Of a stretch of DNA of 64,000 nucleotides, positions 7,830-16,503 are shown one piece after another (positions within the stretch are counted from its first letter, which is position 1; every line of letters begins with the position of its first letter). This stretch comes from a virus, in the IMG/VR virus record IMGVR_UViG_3300025096_002738, positions 17,162 to 81,161 of that record, one strand, 5' to 3'. The notes beneath the pieces were generated by a model. That model saw only the letters and a list, made by a program, of their open reading frames with translations. It searched no databases and was not told the DNA's origin. A program made the translations under genes and the position numbers.

Positions 7830-10076
7830 ATGGGCGGTGCTGGCGGACATATGCGTCATCCTCATGATTTAAATGAGGTGGAAGATGGTCAAGATGTTGT
7901 TAACCTTTTTAAAGCTATTCCAGCTTATCTTAAAACCAAAGAGTTTCAAGGTGGTGCATCTTCTTCTTTAAAGGTTGATGGTAGTAATAATGGCTTAAAA
8001 GTTGTTGTACGTAATGGCGACTATACTTTTGCAGTTGATCGTGGGACACAGATGGCCGCTGACGTGGCGGGAGTGTCCTTGGGCGACATGGACATCCGAT
8101 GGCCCGAGAAAATCGATCCTGCGACCGGTGAGGCCAAGCCACGGGGGCTGATGGGTTCATCTATACAACTTGTTACTATGATGAATGAGGCTTTAGCTGC
8201 AAATCGAGCCAAGATGGTTGGATTATTAACACAACTCGGCCTTTTACAAGAAGACGGCTACCCCGATTTAAGTAAGTTTATTATGATCGAGTGGGTCGAG
8301 CGAAGAGCATTTGATCACCCCACCAATCCTGATCTCGGTAGAGCGAACGTTATTTATTATCCTTACGATTTTATTGCGTTTCTTGGTGTAAATCAGTTTT
8401 TTGAAATGACCAATCGTCACGGTGAAGTCACGCGACCGAGTGACCTTAAGGCCACAGAAGAAGACTCGGGTCCTGGAAAACCTGCTTCTTATGATCGCGA
8501 AGCACTATCGGAACTCGTTGAAATGGTTAAGCCATTTGCCCCTGAAGGTTTTGAGGTTTTATCTCCAATCTCCCTTAAAGTCGCGGTGGGCGGTGATGTG
8601 CCAGAAGAGGAACAGGAAGCAGCAGTCACAGAGGCTGTTAGCACTTTAGCTCAAAACATCGATGCCACATTACAAGAGCAGATTCCGATTAGACTGCACA
8701 GCGGCGACGATAGGTTACCAACTACTCACACTTTAGAAGAGTGGTTAGGAATGGCCGAGAACTTTCCCTATAAGCCAGATATCAAGATAAAACAAATGGT
8801 CGGCGAAGAAGAACGCATTAGAAAAGTCAGCCCTTTTCACAAAGATATTCATAAGGCTCTGTTTTATGAAAATGTTGCGTTACCCGATCTTGTTGTTGAT
8901 ACAGAAATAGCTGAAGCTGTTCGCGGGGATTTAACTCCTTCACTAAAAGCGCTCTATGGTGCAATCTTTATAGAAGCCGCACGAAGATTAGGTAATACTG
9001 TCAAACAATCTTTAGGTTCGAGCGTAGAAGAGTTTGGACCTACGGTCAGTCATGAAGGGGTTGTTATCGATGCTGGAATGAAGTTCGGAGATAAAAAAAC
9101 AGGACACCCTTTTAAGATTACAGGAGAGTTCATTGTGGATGCCACCGGTGGTGCATATGCTGGCGGTCAAGCATTGGAAGAGCAGGGAGTAGATTTAGAA
9201 GTTATCGAAGATGAAGGTGGAGATCCTGTTGTCGATGTAGATGCTGCTCCGCAAACAGTTGCGTTGGTGCCGGGAGCATTTAAGCCTCCACACAAGGGGC
9301 ATGCCGATATGGTGAGAGCCTATGCAACTGGAGATGGAGTGCCAAAAGCAGATAGAACCATTATTTTGATTTCCAACCCTGAAGGTGCTTTACGCAGTTT
9401 GCCTCATGATAGTTCAGAAGTAAACGCAGAACATTCCCGACAAATTTGGGAAACAGTTTTTTCCGATGTTACAAGTTTGCCGGGTGTTGAAATAGAAATA
9501 GCTTCTTCAGACATGCGATCTCCGGTGAGTATTGCTTATGAATATATTAGCGAAACAACTCCACTAGATATTAGGGCCGGCGACAATGTTATTCTGGGAG
9601 CAAGCAGAAAGGACCGCGATTACGAGCGCTGGAAGGGTGCTACAGAGTATCATAAGAAGAAGCAGGGGGTGAATGTCCTTGCCGGCGAAGAGTACGCTGT
9701 GGAGCCTTCAGAGCGCTCTGATGGTAAAAACTTTAGCGCTAGCGATTCGCGGCAGTTGATCAGCAATTTGGTTACTAATCCAGAAGATATGGAATCACTT
9801 CGACAATTAACTGAATATATCCCACAAGATAAGATTGATGAGTTATATCGTATTCTCGGACAGCCATCGCCTGTTTCACCAGAACCGCCCGAAGAAGCAG
9901 AGATAGAAATAATACCGCCAGAAGAATCCGAACTGGAGGAACTGTCGGCAGTCGGGGCAGGCGCCATCGAAGGACCTGGCGGAAGAAGAAAGAAAAAGAG
10001 CATTATTAGAAGAGAAAATAAACAAACCGTTGATGACGTAATAAGACTACTTATGGAAAGAGGTATCATGACATGA
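7830..10076 (+). CDS. ATP-dependent ligase-like nucleotidyltransferase fused to an HxGH cytidylyltransferase-like domain
   Basis: LKVDG (motif I), HEGVVI (motif IV), PFKITG (motif V); C-terminal VPGAFKPPHKGH and FSAS; strong GGAGGTG RBS. Confidence 0.7.
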   Translation: MGGAGGHMRHPHDLNEVEDGQDVVNLFKAIPAYLKTKEFQGGASSSLKVDGSNNGLKVVVRNGDYTFAVDRGTQMAADVAGVSLGDMDIRWPEKIDPATGEAKPRGLMGSSIQLVTMMNEALAANRAKMVGLLTQLGLLQEDGYPDLSKFIMIEWVERRAFDHPTNPDLGRANVIYYPYDFIAFLGVNQFFEMTNRHGEVTRPSDLKATEEDSGPGKPASYDREALSELVEMVKPFAPEGFEVLSPISLKVAVGGDVPEEEQEAAVTEAVSTLAQNIDATLQEQIPIRLHSGDDRLPTTHTLEEWLGMAENFPYKPDIKIKQMVGEEERIRKVSPFHKDIHKALFYENVALPDLVVDTEIAEAVRGDLTPSLKALYGAIFIEAARRLGNTVKQSLGSSVEEFGPTVSHEGVVIDAGMKFGDKKTGHPFKITGEFIVDATGGAYAGGQALEEQGVDLEVIEDEGGDPVVDVDAAPQTVALVPGAFKPPHKGHADMVRAYATGDGVPKADRTIILISNPEGALRSLPHDSSEVNAEHSRQIWETVFSDVTSLPGVEIEIASSDMRSPVSIAYEYISETTPLDIRAGDNVILGASRKDRDYERWKGATEYHKKKQGVNVLAGEEYAVEPSERSDGKNFSASDSRQLISNLVTNPEDMESLRQLTEYIPQDKIDELYRILGQPSPVSPEPPEEAEIEIIPPEESELEELSAVGAGAIEGPGGRRKKKSIIRRENKQTVDDVIRLLMERGIMT

Positions 10077-10876
10077 ATAAGCAAGAAGAACAAGATTTTA
10101 GAGAGAACATACGAACTCTTATTAAGCTTGTAAAAACCAAAAAGAGCTTTAACGAATCTCGAATTCGCAGTTCTCTAAAAACTCTGGCAAGGCTAGAACT
10201 ACAAAGGATGATCAGTGAGCGAGAAGTCGCTGATACCGATCCGACTCCCAATAAATCAACTGGAATTAATATCCTGGAAGACCTTCTTAAGAAGATCGTC
10301 CCCGTGCTGGAAGTGGACTATAAGAGTCTGACAACTAGTGATGAACAGCGGCAGTCTTTCCGCGCCCACGTCATTAACGCAATTGTGGCTACCCTCACTC
10401 CGGTTGAGGCAAACAATCTAGCTGGCGAAGAGGCTAGCCAAGGTACAAACCCCGCGGAAGTCGATGATATAGATGAAGAAATCAACATCGATGTTGGTGA
10501 CGACGCTGGGGCCGATGACGACAAGTTTATTGATATTCGCACAGATGCAGAAATAGCTGCTGATGAAGAGACTGAAGAAGAGGATCCTGTAGGGGATTTT
10601 GGTATCGAAGGTCAGGATGAAACCGGTCGCAATATGGCTTATAACTCGTTTAAGAAGATTGAAACCTCTATCATTGATTCTTATGAATTGCTTTCAAATC
10701 CAGAGGATCAGGAGCTATTTTATGATTACCTGATCGCAAACACTAAGCTGTATTTCGATAAGTTCGAAGATGAGTTGACCCCAGAACTAAGCGAGCCAAC
10801 TAATCAGGCTTACGCTACTGCCAGCCAAGATCTTGACTCTGATAGCAGTGAAGAAGAACTAGAAATCGAATTATAG
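10073..10876 (+). CDS. Acidic hypothetical protein (possible head scaffold or internal protein)
   Basis: Amphipathic basic N-terminus (ENIRTLIK..ESRIRSSL..MISE) followed by a very D/E-rich body. Confidence 0.6.
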   Translation: MNKQEEQDFRENIRTLIKLVKTKKSFNESRIRSSLKTLARLELQRMISEREVADTDPTPNKSTGINILEDLLKKIVPVLEVDYKSLTTSDEQRQSFRAHVINAIVATLTPVEANNLAGEEASQGTNPAEVDDIDEEINIDVGDDAGADDDKFIDIRTDAEIAADEETEEEDPVGDFGIEGQDETGRNMAYNSFKKIETSIIDSYELLSNPEDQELFYDYLIANTKLYFDKFEDELTPELSEPTNQAYATASQDLDSDSSEEELEIEL

Positions 10877-10896
10877 GACGGCATCCGCGCCGTTTG
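10877..10896 (+). terminator. GC hairpin after the stop codon, possible terminator
   Basis: GACGGC-atccgc-GCCGTT with only a short T run. Confidence 0.3.
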
Positions 10897-10975
10897 GACT
10901 CATGTGCTGTGATTGTTAGTTGAGCGCTAAAGAAGTAAAATCACTAGACATTGAATTTTAATTAATTAATTTCAC

Positions 10976-11004
10976 TTGACAGAGCTTTGAAATGCTGGTA
11001 CATT
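10976..11004 (+). promoter_or_regulatory. Sigma70-type promoter
   Basis: TTGACA, 17 nt spacer, TACATT with extended TG; AT-rich UP-like tract upstream. Confidence 0.7.
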
Positions 11005-11085
11005 ATGGATGTGGTGGTGCTGTGATAGTAATTGATTGCAGACATAATTCATATTCAATCTAATATATCTAATATATCAAAACAA

Positions 11086-11433
11086 ATGAAAAAAAGCAAT
11101 AGACATAATACTACAGCTTTTAACAGTGTTAGAATTAAATTAGAAGAAGAAGGGTTAATTAATAATGAATTGCTTGTTTTGATAGCAGCGCTTTCATTAG
11201 AAGATCTGATTGCTTTGAAATTAGAACTGGCATGTGGTGAGGTTCGAAATCGTCTATATGGATTTGACATATGGAGAAATCTAAAACCTATTGTCCAGGA
11301 ATCAGTCTTGAAGTTTGCGATCTCAACAAGAAAGTCAAAAAAAGATGCAGCCCGATTTCTTGGACTCAATTATTTAGAATTCAAAAAGTTACTAACTAAA
11401 TACAACATAGAGGAATACTTCGACATGGTTTAA
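11086..11433 (+). CDS. Fis-type helix-turn-helix protein
   Basis: C-terminal SKKDAARFLGLNYLEFKKLLTKYNI resembles HTH_8 (AA..LG); start refined to ATG 11086. Confidence 0.6.
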   Translation: MKKSNRHNTTAFNSVRIKLEEEGLINNELLVLIAALSLEDLIALKLELACGEVRNRLYGFDIWRNLKPIVQESVLKFAISTRKSKKDAARFLGLNYLEFKKLLTKYNIEEYFDMV

Positions 11434-11447
11434 GTAGGAGATGAACA

Positions 11448-11571
11448 AGTTGGTTAGAAAAATACTTATAGCAGGCTCCAAGCCAATCACGAGCCTGCTG
11501 GTCAAAGGGTGACGAAAAAAACACTAAACTGTGGTTCTAGCAAGTGGTGAGCAAGAGATCCACGACCAACT
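11448..11571 (+). ncRNA. Candidate structured non-coding RNA
   Basis: Closing stem AGTTGGT/ACCAACT, perfect 9-bp hairpin AGCAGGCTC/GAGCCTGCT, imperfect GTGGTTCT/AGATCCAC hairpin. Confidence 0.35.
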
Positions 11572-11596
11572 GGTGTCATATATATAAAGGTGCAAT

Positions 11597-11803
11597 ATGT
11601 GGAAAGTGTATAAATGGAATGGTCACTATATCGAGGGGGATTTGTTAAGCAAGCACTCATCCGAAGAAGCAGCCCTCAAAGCTGCCAAGAAGGCCATAAA
11701 GTTTAATAAGACAGAAAAAGAGAAGAAAAAAAAGGAGATACTTATTTGGCTTGACGGTGAAAATGGAACACCGTTAGGTGTGATCGTTAAAAAAACAAAA
11801 TAA
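11597..11803 (+). CDS. Small basic hypothetical protein
   Basis: 68 aa, AAGGT RBS, ends 1 nt before the tmRNA. Confidence 0.65.
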   Translation: MWKVYKWNGHYIEGDLLSKHSSEEAALKAAKKAIKFNKTEKEKKKKEILIWLDGENGTPLGVIVKKTK

Positions 11804-11804
11804 T

Positions 11805-12141
11805 GGGGACGAAATGGCTTCGACAGGGTAAGAAAGAGGCATAGTGCAAGTAGGTTAGATACGACCTTAACAGTTCAAAACAATAGTTGCAAATAACAAC
11901 AATCACTTCGATTCTGTTCGCCTAGCGGCTTAATCGGGAGGTTGCTCAGAGCCTTCTATCCAATTTGAGCAAAACAACAGACAAGTTGTAAAAATCAAAA
12001 CCATCTATTGCAACAGGACGGTAAGCAATAGATTATAACCGTCTACCTTTGTCAGTTTGGACGGTATAAACTGAATAAACTTGTGAATGACTAGAATTAG
12101 ACTTATTTTGGACGACGGTTCGATTCCGTCCGTCTCTACCA
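11805..12141 (+). ncRNA. ssrA: tmRNA (transfer-messenger RNA)
   Basis: 5' GGGGACG pairs with 3' CGTCTCT-A-CCA including the G3.U Ala determinant; T-arm GACGG-TTCGATT-CCGTC; tag frame 11889-11933 encodes ANNNNHFDSVRLAA-stop after an AATAGTT resume context. Confidence 0.95.
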
Positions 12142-12143
12142 TT

Positions 12144-12218
12144 GCGGGTGTAGCTCAGCGGTAGAGCCTCACGTTGCCAACGTGACTGTCGCTGGTTCAA
12201 ATCCAGTCACCCGCTCCA
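12144..12218 (+). tRNA. tRNA-Gly (GCC)
   Basis: Full cloverleaf GCGGGTG..GCTC/GAGC..TCACG-TTGCCAA-CGTGA..TTCAAAT..CACCCGC-T-CCA. Confidence 0.97.
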
Positions 12219-12250
12219 TCAAATAATCATAACAAACAAAAGGAAAAATA

Positions 12251-14143
12251 ATGATTAAATTACTCACACTTGGACTTATTTTGGCTGGTTGCCGAGATAA
12301 TCTTAATTATGATGACGTCTATACTGGCGACACTCACGGCAAAATCTCAGGCATTGTCACTTCTACTGATGGCGCCGCCCTCGCAGGAGTCACTGTGACT
12401 GCGCAGGATGCCACAACCACCACAGATGAGAACGGAATTTACACACTACTTGATGTTTCTCCATCTCAGACTATTGTAGTGAAGTTTTCAAAGCAGGGCT
12501 ATGCTAAGAATTACAAGACCACAGCAATGCAGACCTGGGAGACAGTTTCTTCTAATGCCTCACTGCTTGAAGCCGATGGTACTTCTGTCATTGACAGCCA
12601 GATCTCTAACACTGTCGTTGTAGAAGGCACTACTGTTAGGTTTTCAGAAAATTCATTTGTAAATGCTGATGGTAGTGAATATGTAGGAGATGTTACTGTT
12701 CAGGTGACTCACGTAGACCCCTCTACAGACGACCTAGTAGGCGCTCCACGGGATTTGACTGCGATTACTAGGCAGAGTACCGACTCAACTGCAAAAGACG
12801 CCACAACGGCGTCTCAGCTAGTTTCTTATGGAATGGTAGATGTTTCCCTCTTCAACGCTGACGGCGAAGAACTCAATCTTTCTTCCGAAGTCCCAGCTTA
12901 CCTAGAAATTCCTATTACCAATGGTGAACTACCGGATCTATATCATCTTTCTGATGGCGATAGTCAGTCGGCTTGGTCTTTTGATCCTGATATTGGCTCA
13001 TGGGTAGAAGAAGGAGTTGGAGTGATTGTAGAAGAAGACGGAAACTCATATTTTCAGTTTGAGGCTGATCATTTTTCATGGTGGAATTGCGATCAGGGCT
13101 TTGTCCCCTCTTGTGCTACAGGTAAGGTGATAGACACTTTAGAATTTCCTGTTAGAGGTGCTGAGGTTATTTGTGCCGGGGGACAGTCAACCACCACCGC
13201 AGTAACTGATGATGATGGAAATTACGTCTGTAGTATTCTTGTTGGAGATACAGTGAGATTTACCGGCACAACTTTTGTTGATAATCGCAACTGGTCAAAC
13301 AACGTCAGCAAGTTTATGGATGGCGAAGGAAGCGATGCCAACACATGTGAGCCTATTGAAACCATCCAGATCGATGTTTGTCGTCTTGCCGGCGCCATTA
13401 ATGTTCAGAACATGCGCGGCACTAGCGAAACAATACAGGAAATGGAAGCTGATAATATTATTGCCTTCTTTTGGGAGCCGCTTGGCGAACCTTTCTACTG
13501 CGATGACCTTTGGCAGTCTTTGGAGCCGGGCTCATGCTGGACAGGAACTCAAGAAGAGGTCCTTAGTGCCTTCCCGCAGGGTGCTACCCCTGGCATGCCA
13601 GATGATTCCCGCTCTGTTGGAAGTTGGCTTGAGGTTCGAACCAATAAGAGTGTATACCGCATCGATCGGGAAACAGTTAGCGGTGAACCAAATTACAATT
13701 GGGACTCCCATACAGTTGATGGGACCACAGTTTCCGATCACAGGCCAGAAATCAACAATGGTGATATTCTAGATGTCCAGGCTCCCGGTGATTACTCATC
13801 TTATTTTGGTGCTTGGGAGTTGGCTGAGTTTGCGACAGTTCCGACGGCTGTAGAATTCAGTAGCGCTGACACTACGTTGGACTGGAACAATGCAAATCTT
13901 ACTGTGACTTATAATAATCACAATGATGAAAACATATTTGTAAACGTTCTTGTTGGCGAGACACAGATGCTTTGCAAGTTTGATGATACTGGTCGATTTA
14001 CCGTGAATTCCATGGGACTAGATACGGGCTTCGGAGGACTTTCAATCCAACATGTAGAGACAGAGCTATTTCCTGGTCCTGATGGGCTTCCTATCAGAAC
14101 CATGGTTATATCTGGCGAGAGTGTCGCTGTTGACATAAAGTAA
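12251..14143 (+). CDS. Lipoprotein with carboxypeptidase-regulatory-like (Ig/prealbumin-type) domains
   Basis: Lipobox MIKLLTLGLILAG-C; ISGIVT..LAGVTVT..TTTDENGIY..SKQGY; HFSWWNCD; second repeat GKVID..PVRGAEV..TDDDGNY; acidic and Cys-containing. Confidence 0.75.
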   Translation: MIKLLTLGLILAGCRDNLNYDDVYTGDTHGKISGIVTSTDGAALAGVTVTAQDATTTTDENGIYTLLDVSPSQTIVVKFSKQGYAKNYKTTAMQTWETVSSNASLLEADGTSVIDSQISNTVVVEGTTVRFSENSFVNADGSEYVGDVTVQVTHVDPSTDDLVGAPRDLTAITRQSTDSTAKDATTASQLVSYGMVDVSLFNADGEELNLSSEVPAYLEIPITNGELPDLYHLSDGDSQSAWSFDPDIGSWVEEGVGVIVEEDGNSYFQFEADHFSWWNCDQGFVPSCATGKVIDTLEFPVRGAEVICAGGQSTTTAVTDDDGNYVCSILVGDTVRFTGTTFVDNRNWSNNVSKFMDGEGSDANTCEPIETIQIDVCRLAGAINVQNMRGTSETIQEMEADNIIAFFWEPLGEPFYCDDLWQSLEPGSCWTGTQEEVLSAFPQGATPGMPDDSRSVGSWLEVRTNKSVYRIDRETVSGEPNYNWDSHTVDGTTVSDHRPEINNGDILDVQAPGDYSSYFGAWELAEFATVPTAVEFSSADTTLDWNNANLTVTYNNHNDENIFVNVLVGETQMLCKFDDTGRFTVNSMGLDTGFGGLSIQHVETELFPGPDGLPIRTMVISGESVAVDIK

Positions 14144-14167
14144 AATATTGCTTTATTTGAAATAGAC

Positions 14168-14209
14168 TGTGGCGGGGGTAGCGTTTGTTGCCTCCGCCAC
14201 AAGCATTTT
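14168..14209 (+). terminator. Strong GC-rich hairpin, likely rho-independent terminator
   Basis: TGTGGCGGGGGTAGC-gttt-GTTGCCTCCGCCACA then agcatttt. Confidence 0.7.
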
Positions 14210-14244
14210 AGGAATAAGAAATCTTCTCCCATATATACTACAGT

Positions 14245-14745
14245 ATGAAGACGCTTAAGTTGGATAGTTCTTACAAACCAATACAAATTATAAGTGTTGA
14301 AGAGGCGTTCTGCATGATCTGGTTGAATAGGGCCAATCTAGTAGAAGTATACGACGATGTTTTTTTAAGATCTGCGCATGAGTCTTTTTTAGCCCCTTGT
14401 GTTGTTTCAATTAATCGCTTTGTTAACAACTCGAAGTTTTCTCTTATATGTAATAGAAGAAATGTGATACATAGAGACAACTTTACATGTCAATATTGTG
14501 GTGTTGTCTTTCCTTTTAGCCAACTAACGCTGGATCACATTATTCCGCGCAGCAGAGGCGGCCTGAAAACATGGGACAATATTGTTACTAGCTGCATGCG
14601 CTGTAACCAGAGAAAGGCCAACAAGCTTCCGCATGAAGCCAATATGAAACTCTTGGGGGTACCAAAGGTACCGCCCTATCAAATATTTCACACTTTTGAA
14701 AAAGATTCAATCGATGATAAGTGGCGCCCCTACTTAAAGACATGA
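14245..14745 (+). CDS. HNH endonuclease (McrA-like)
   Basis: RDNFTCQYCG, LTLDHIIPRSRGG..TWDNIVTSCMRCNQRK. Confidence 0.93.
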   Translation: MKTLKLDSSYKPIQIISVEEAFCMIWLNRANLVEVYDDVFLRSAHESFLAPCVVSINRFVNNSKFSLICNRRNVIHRDNFTCQYCGVVFPFSQLTLDHIIPRSRGGLKTWDNIVTSCMRCNQRKANKLPHEANMKLLGVPKVPPYQIFHTFEKDSIDDKWRPYLKT

Positions 14746-14933
14746 GCGCCAACCCAAAAAAATACCATATTGATGAGTGGGTGTTTTATTGGCCAACAGA
14801 AATCCATGATAAAAAACGCGCATTAATTTTATGGTGTTACAACGATAACAGAACAATATGGGACTATGAGATAATTCTCGATGAAACTGGAGAAAAAAGA
14901 AAAGTACTAGAGAGTTCTCTTTTTACAGAATAG
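14742..14933 (+). CDS. Small hypothetical protein (SH3/KOW-like)
   Basis: ATGA overlap with the HNH stop; MSANPKKYHIDEWVFYW. Confidence 0.55.
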   Translation: MSANPKKYHIDEWVFYWPTEIHDKKRALILWCYNDNRTIWDYEIILDETGEKRKVLESSLFTE

Positions 14934-14953
14934 CCTCCTACCTACTAATAGGG

Positions 14954-15913
14954 ATGCATCGGGTTTTTGCGATTTTAGTTTCTTTAGTCTGCGTACTTAC
15001 AGCAGGCTGTACACCTGACTACGGCATTGTTGCACCCGATCCAGTATATATTGAAGTTCCAGTATATATTGAAGAAGAAGTCCCCGAAGACCCAGGCTTA
15101 GTGTGGGTTGATGCAGTCACACAGGTGGCTAGTACAAATGGTACTGACATCTTGTGGATTATAGACACGTCATGTTCGATGGACGATGACGCCAGCAGAG
15201 TGTTGTCGGGAATCGAAGCAATGATTGATTCCCTTCCGACTTCTGGTTGGCGTCTTAACATGTTGAGCGCCGACCCTCGCGACTATACAGATGAACAGTT
15301 TCCTCTGGTACCTGGAGACACAATTGTTGAAGCAGAGAGAATGTATGGTCAGATGTCTCGTGGAAGCCTTGAAAATGGGTTTGAAGCTGCTCAAAAGTAC
15401 ATCGAAGAGAGTGCATACGCTCTCACATGGATGCGAAAGGACGCGTCCTTATTGATTGTCTTTGTGTCTGACGAAGAAGAGCAAAGCACCGCAGTATTTT
15501 ATACAGTGTCGTCTTTTATTGATTGGCTTGATGACATTCGAACTGGGATATTTGTTTCAAGTATCGTGAACTTTGAACAGTCAGAGTCTTTATGCAATGC
15601 ACACCCCAGCAGCGAAGGCATTCGTTTTGCAGAGGTTACAAATCACTACGCGGGAGTAATGGTTGATATTTGCTCCGAGGATTGGTCTCCAGGCGTCCGT
15701 GATGCTGCGGCACAGCTAGAGCCCTACGAGAGCATAAAACTCTCTCACGAGCCCGTAGAAGGCTCCGTGAGGGTATTTGTGGATGGCTCCATCTACAATG
15801 ACTGGTACTACGATAACACCGACAACACTGTTTACTTTGTAGTCGTCCCTGAATCAGGGTCCTTAATGGAAGTCGGATATAGGTACCATCCTCTTGATAC
15901 AGGAAATAGTTAA
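14954..15913 (+). CDS. vWA-domain lipoprotein
   Basis: Lipobox LTAG-C; MIDAS DILWIIDTSCSM; LLIVFVSDEEEQS; DICS.DW. Confidence 0.8.
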   Translation: MHRVFAILVSLVCVLTAGCTPDYGIVAPDPVYIEVPVYIEEEVPEDPGLVWVDAVTQVASTNGTDILWIIDTSCSMDDDASRVLSGIEAMIDSLPTSGWRLNMLSADPRDYTDEQFPLVPGDTIVEAERMYGQMSRGSLENGFEAAQKYIEESAYALTWMRKDASLLIVFVSDEEEQSTAVFYTVSSFIDWLDDIRTGIFVSSIVNFEQSESLCNAHPSSEGIRFAEVTNHYAGVMVDICSEDWSPGVRDAAAQLEPYESIKLSHEPVEGSVRVFVDGSIYNDWYYDNTDNTVYFVVVPESGSLMEVGYRYHPLDTGNS

Positions 15914-15923
15914 TAAATAATAC

Positions 15924-15951
15924 TTGACAAATCTCTATTTGCGGTTATAAT
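15924..15951 (+). promoter_or_regulatory. Sigma70-type promoter
   Basis: TTGACA, 16 nt spacer, TATAAT. Confidence 0.8.
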
Positions 15952-16009
15952 TAAGATTGTTAGGCAAGAAATATTTTGCTAATCATTTACACACTAATAA
16001 AAAGGTATT

Positions 16010-16492
16010 ATGATGCATAATGAAGAAGATGTGGGAGAAAACCCCACAGTAATGGTGTCTGGGGGCTTTGATCCCGTACACGCTGGCCATATCCGTTTAA
16101 TCCGACATGCTGCTGAATTTGGTGACGTCATTGTGGTTGCCAATTCTGATGAGTGGCTTTTCCGCAAGAAAGGCTTTGTGTTCATGGAGTTTGAACGACG
16201 TATAGAGATCTTAAATGCGATTAAGGGAGTTATTTTAGTTGATTCTGTAGATGACTCCGACGAAACTGTTTGTGAGGCGATCCGTCGGCTTAAGCCAGAT
16301 TATTTTGCAAATGGAGGAGATCGGGGCAGAGCCAACACTCCCGAACAAAACGTTTGTGAAGAATTGGGTATTGAGATGCTGTGGAGCATCGGAGGAGATG
16401 AAAAGCTCCAAAGTTCTTCGGTTCTAACAAAAAAGGGCCGAGATTACGAGCCTCCTCCTAGGCGAATTCAAACGCCAGTTTCAGAAAGATAG
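16010..16492 (+). CDS. Cytidylyltransferase/adenylyltransferase family protein (HxGH)
   Basis: SGGFDPVHAGH, VANSD, FANGGDR, QSSS. Confidence 0.9.
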   Translation: MMHNEEDVGENPTVMVSGGFDPVHAGHIRLIRHAAEFGDVIVVANSDEWLFRKKGFVFMEFERRIEILNAIKGVILVDSVDDSDETVCEAIRRLKPDYFANGGDRGRANTPEQNVCEELGIEMLWSIGGDEKLQSSSVLTKKGRDYEPPPRRIQTPVSER

Positions 16493-16503
16493 TAAATAAT
16501 ACT

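Noticed and set aside
14245-14745. HNH as part of an intron or mobile element
   Set aside because: It is a free-standing gene, the flanking genes are intact, and no intron core or terminal repeats are visible.
15041-15074. 18-bp tandem duplication (PVYIEV PVYIEE)
   Set aside because: Simple linker slippage after the lipobox; only two copies.
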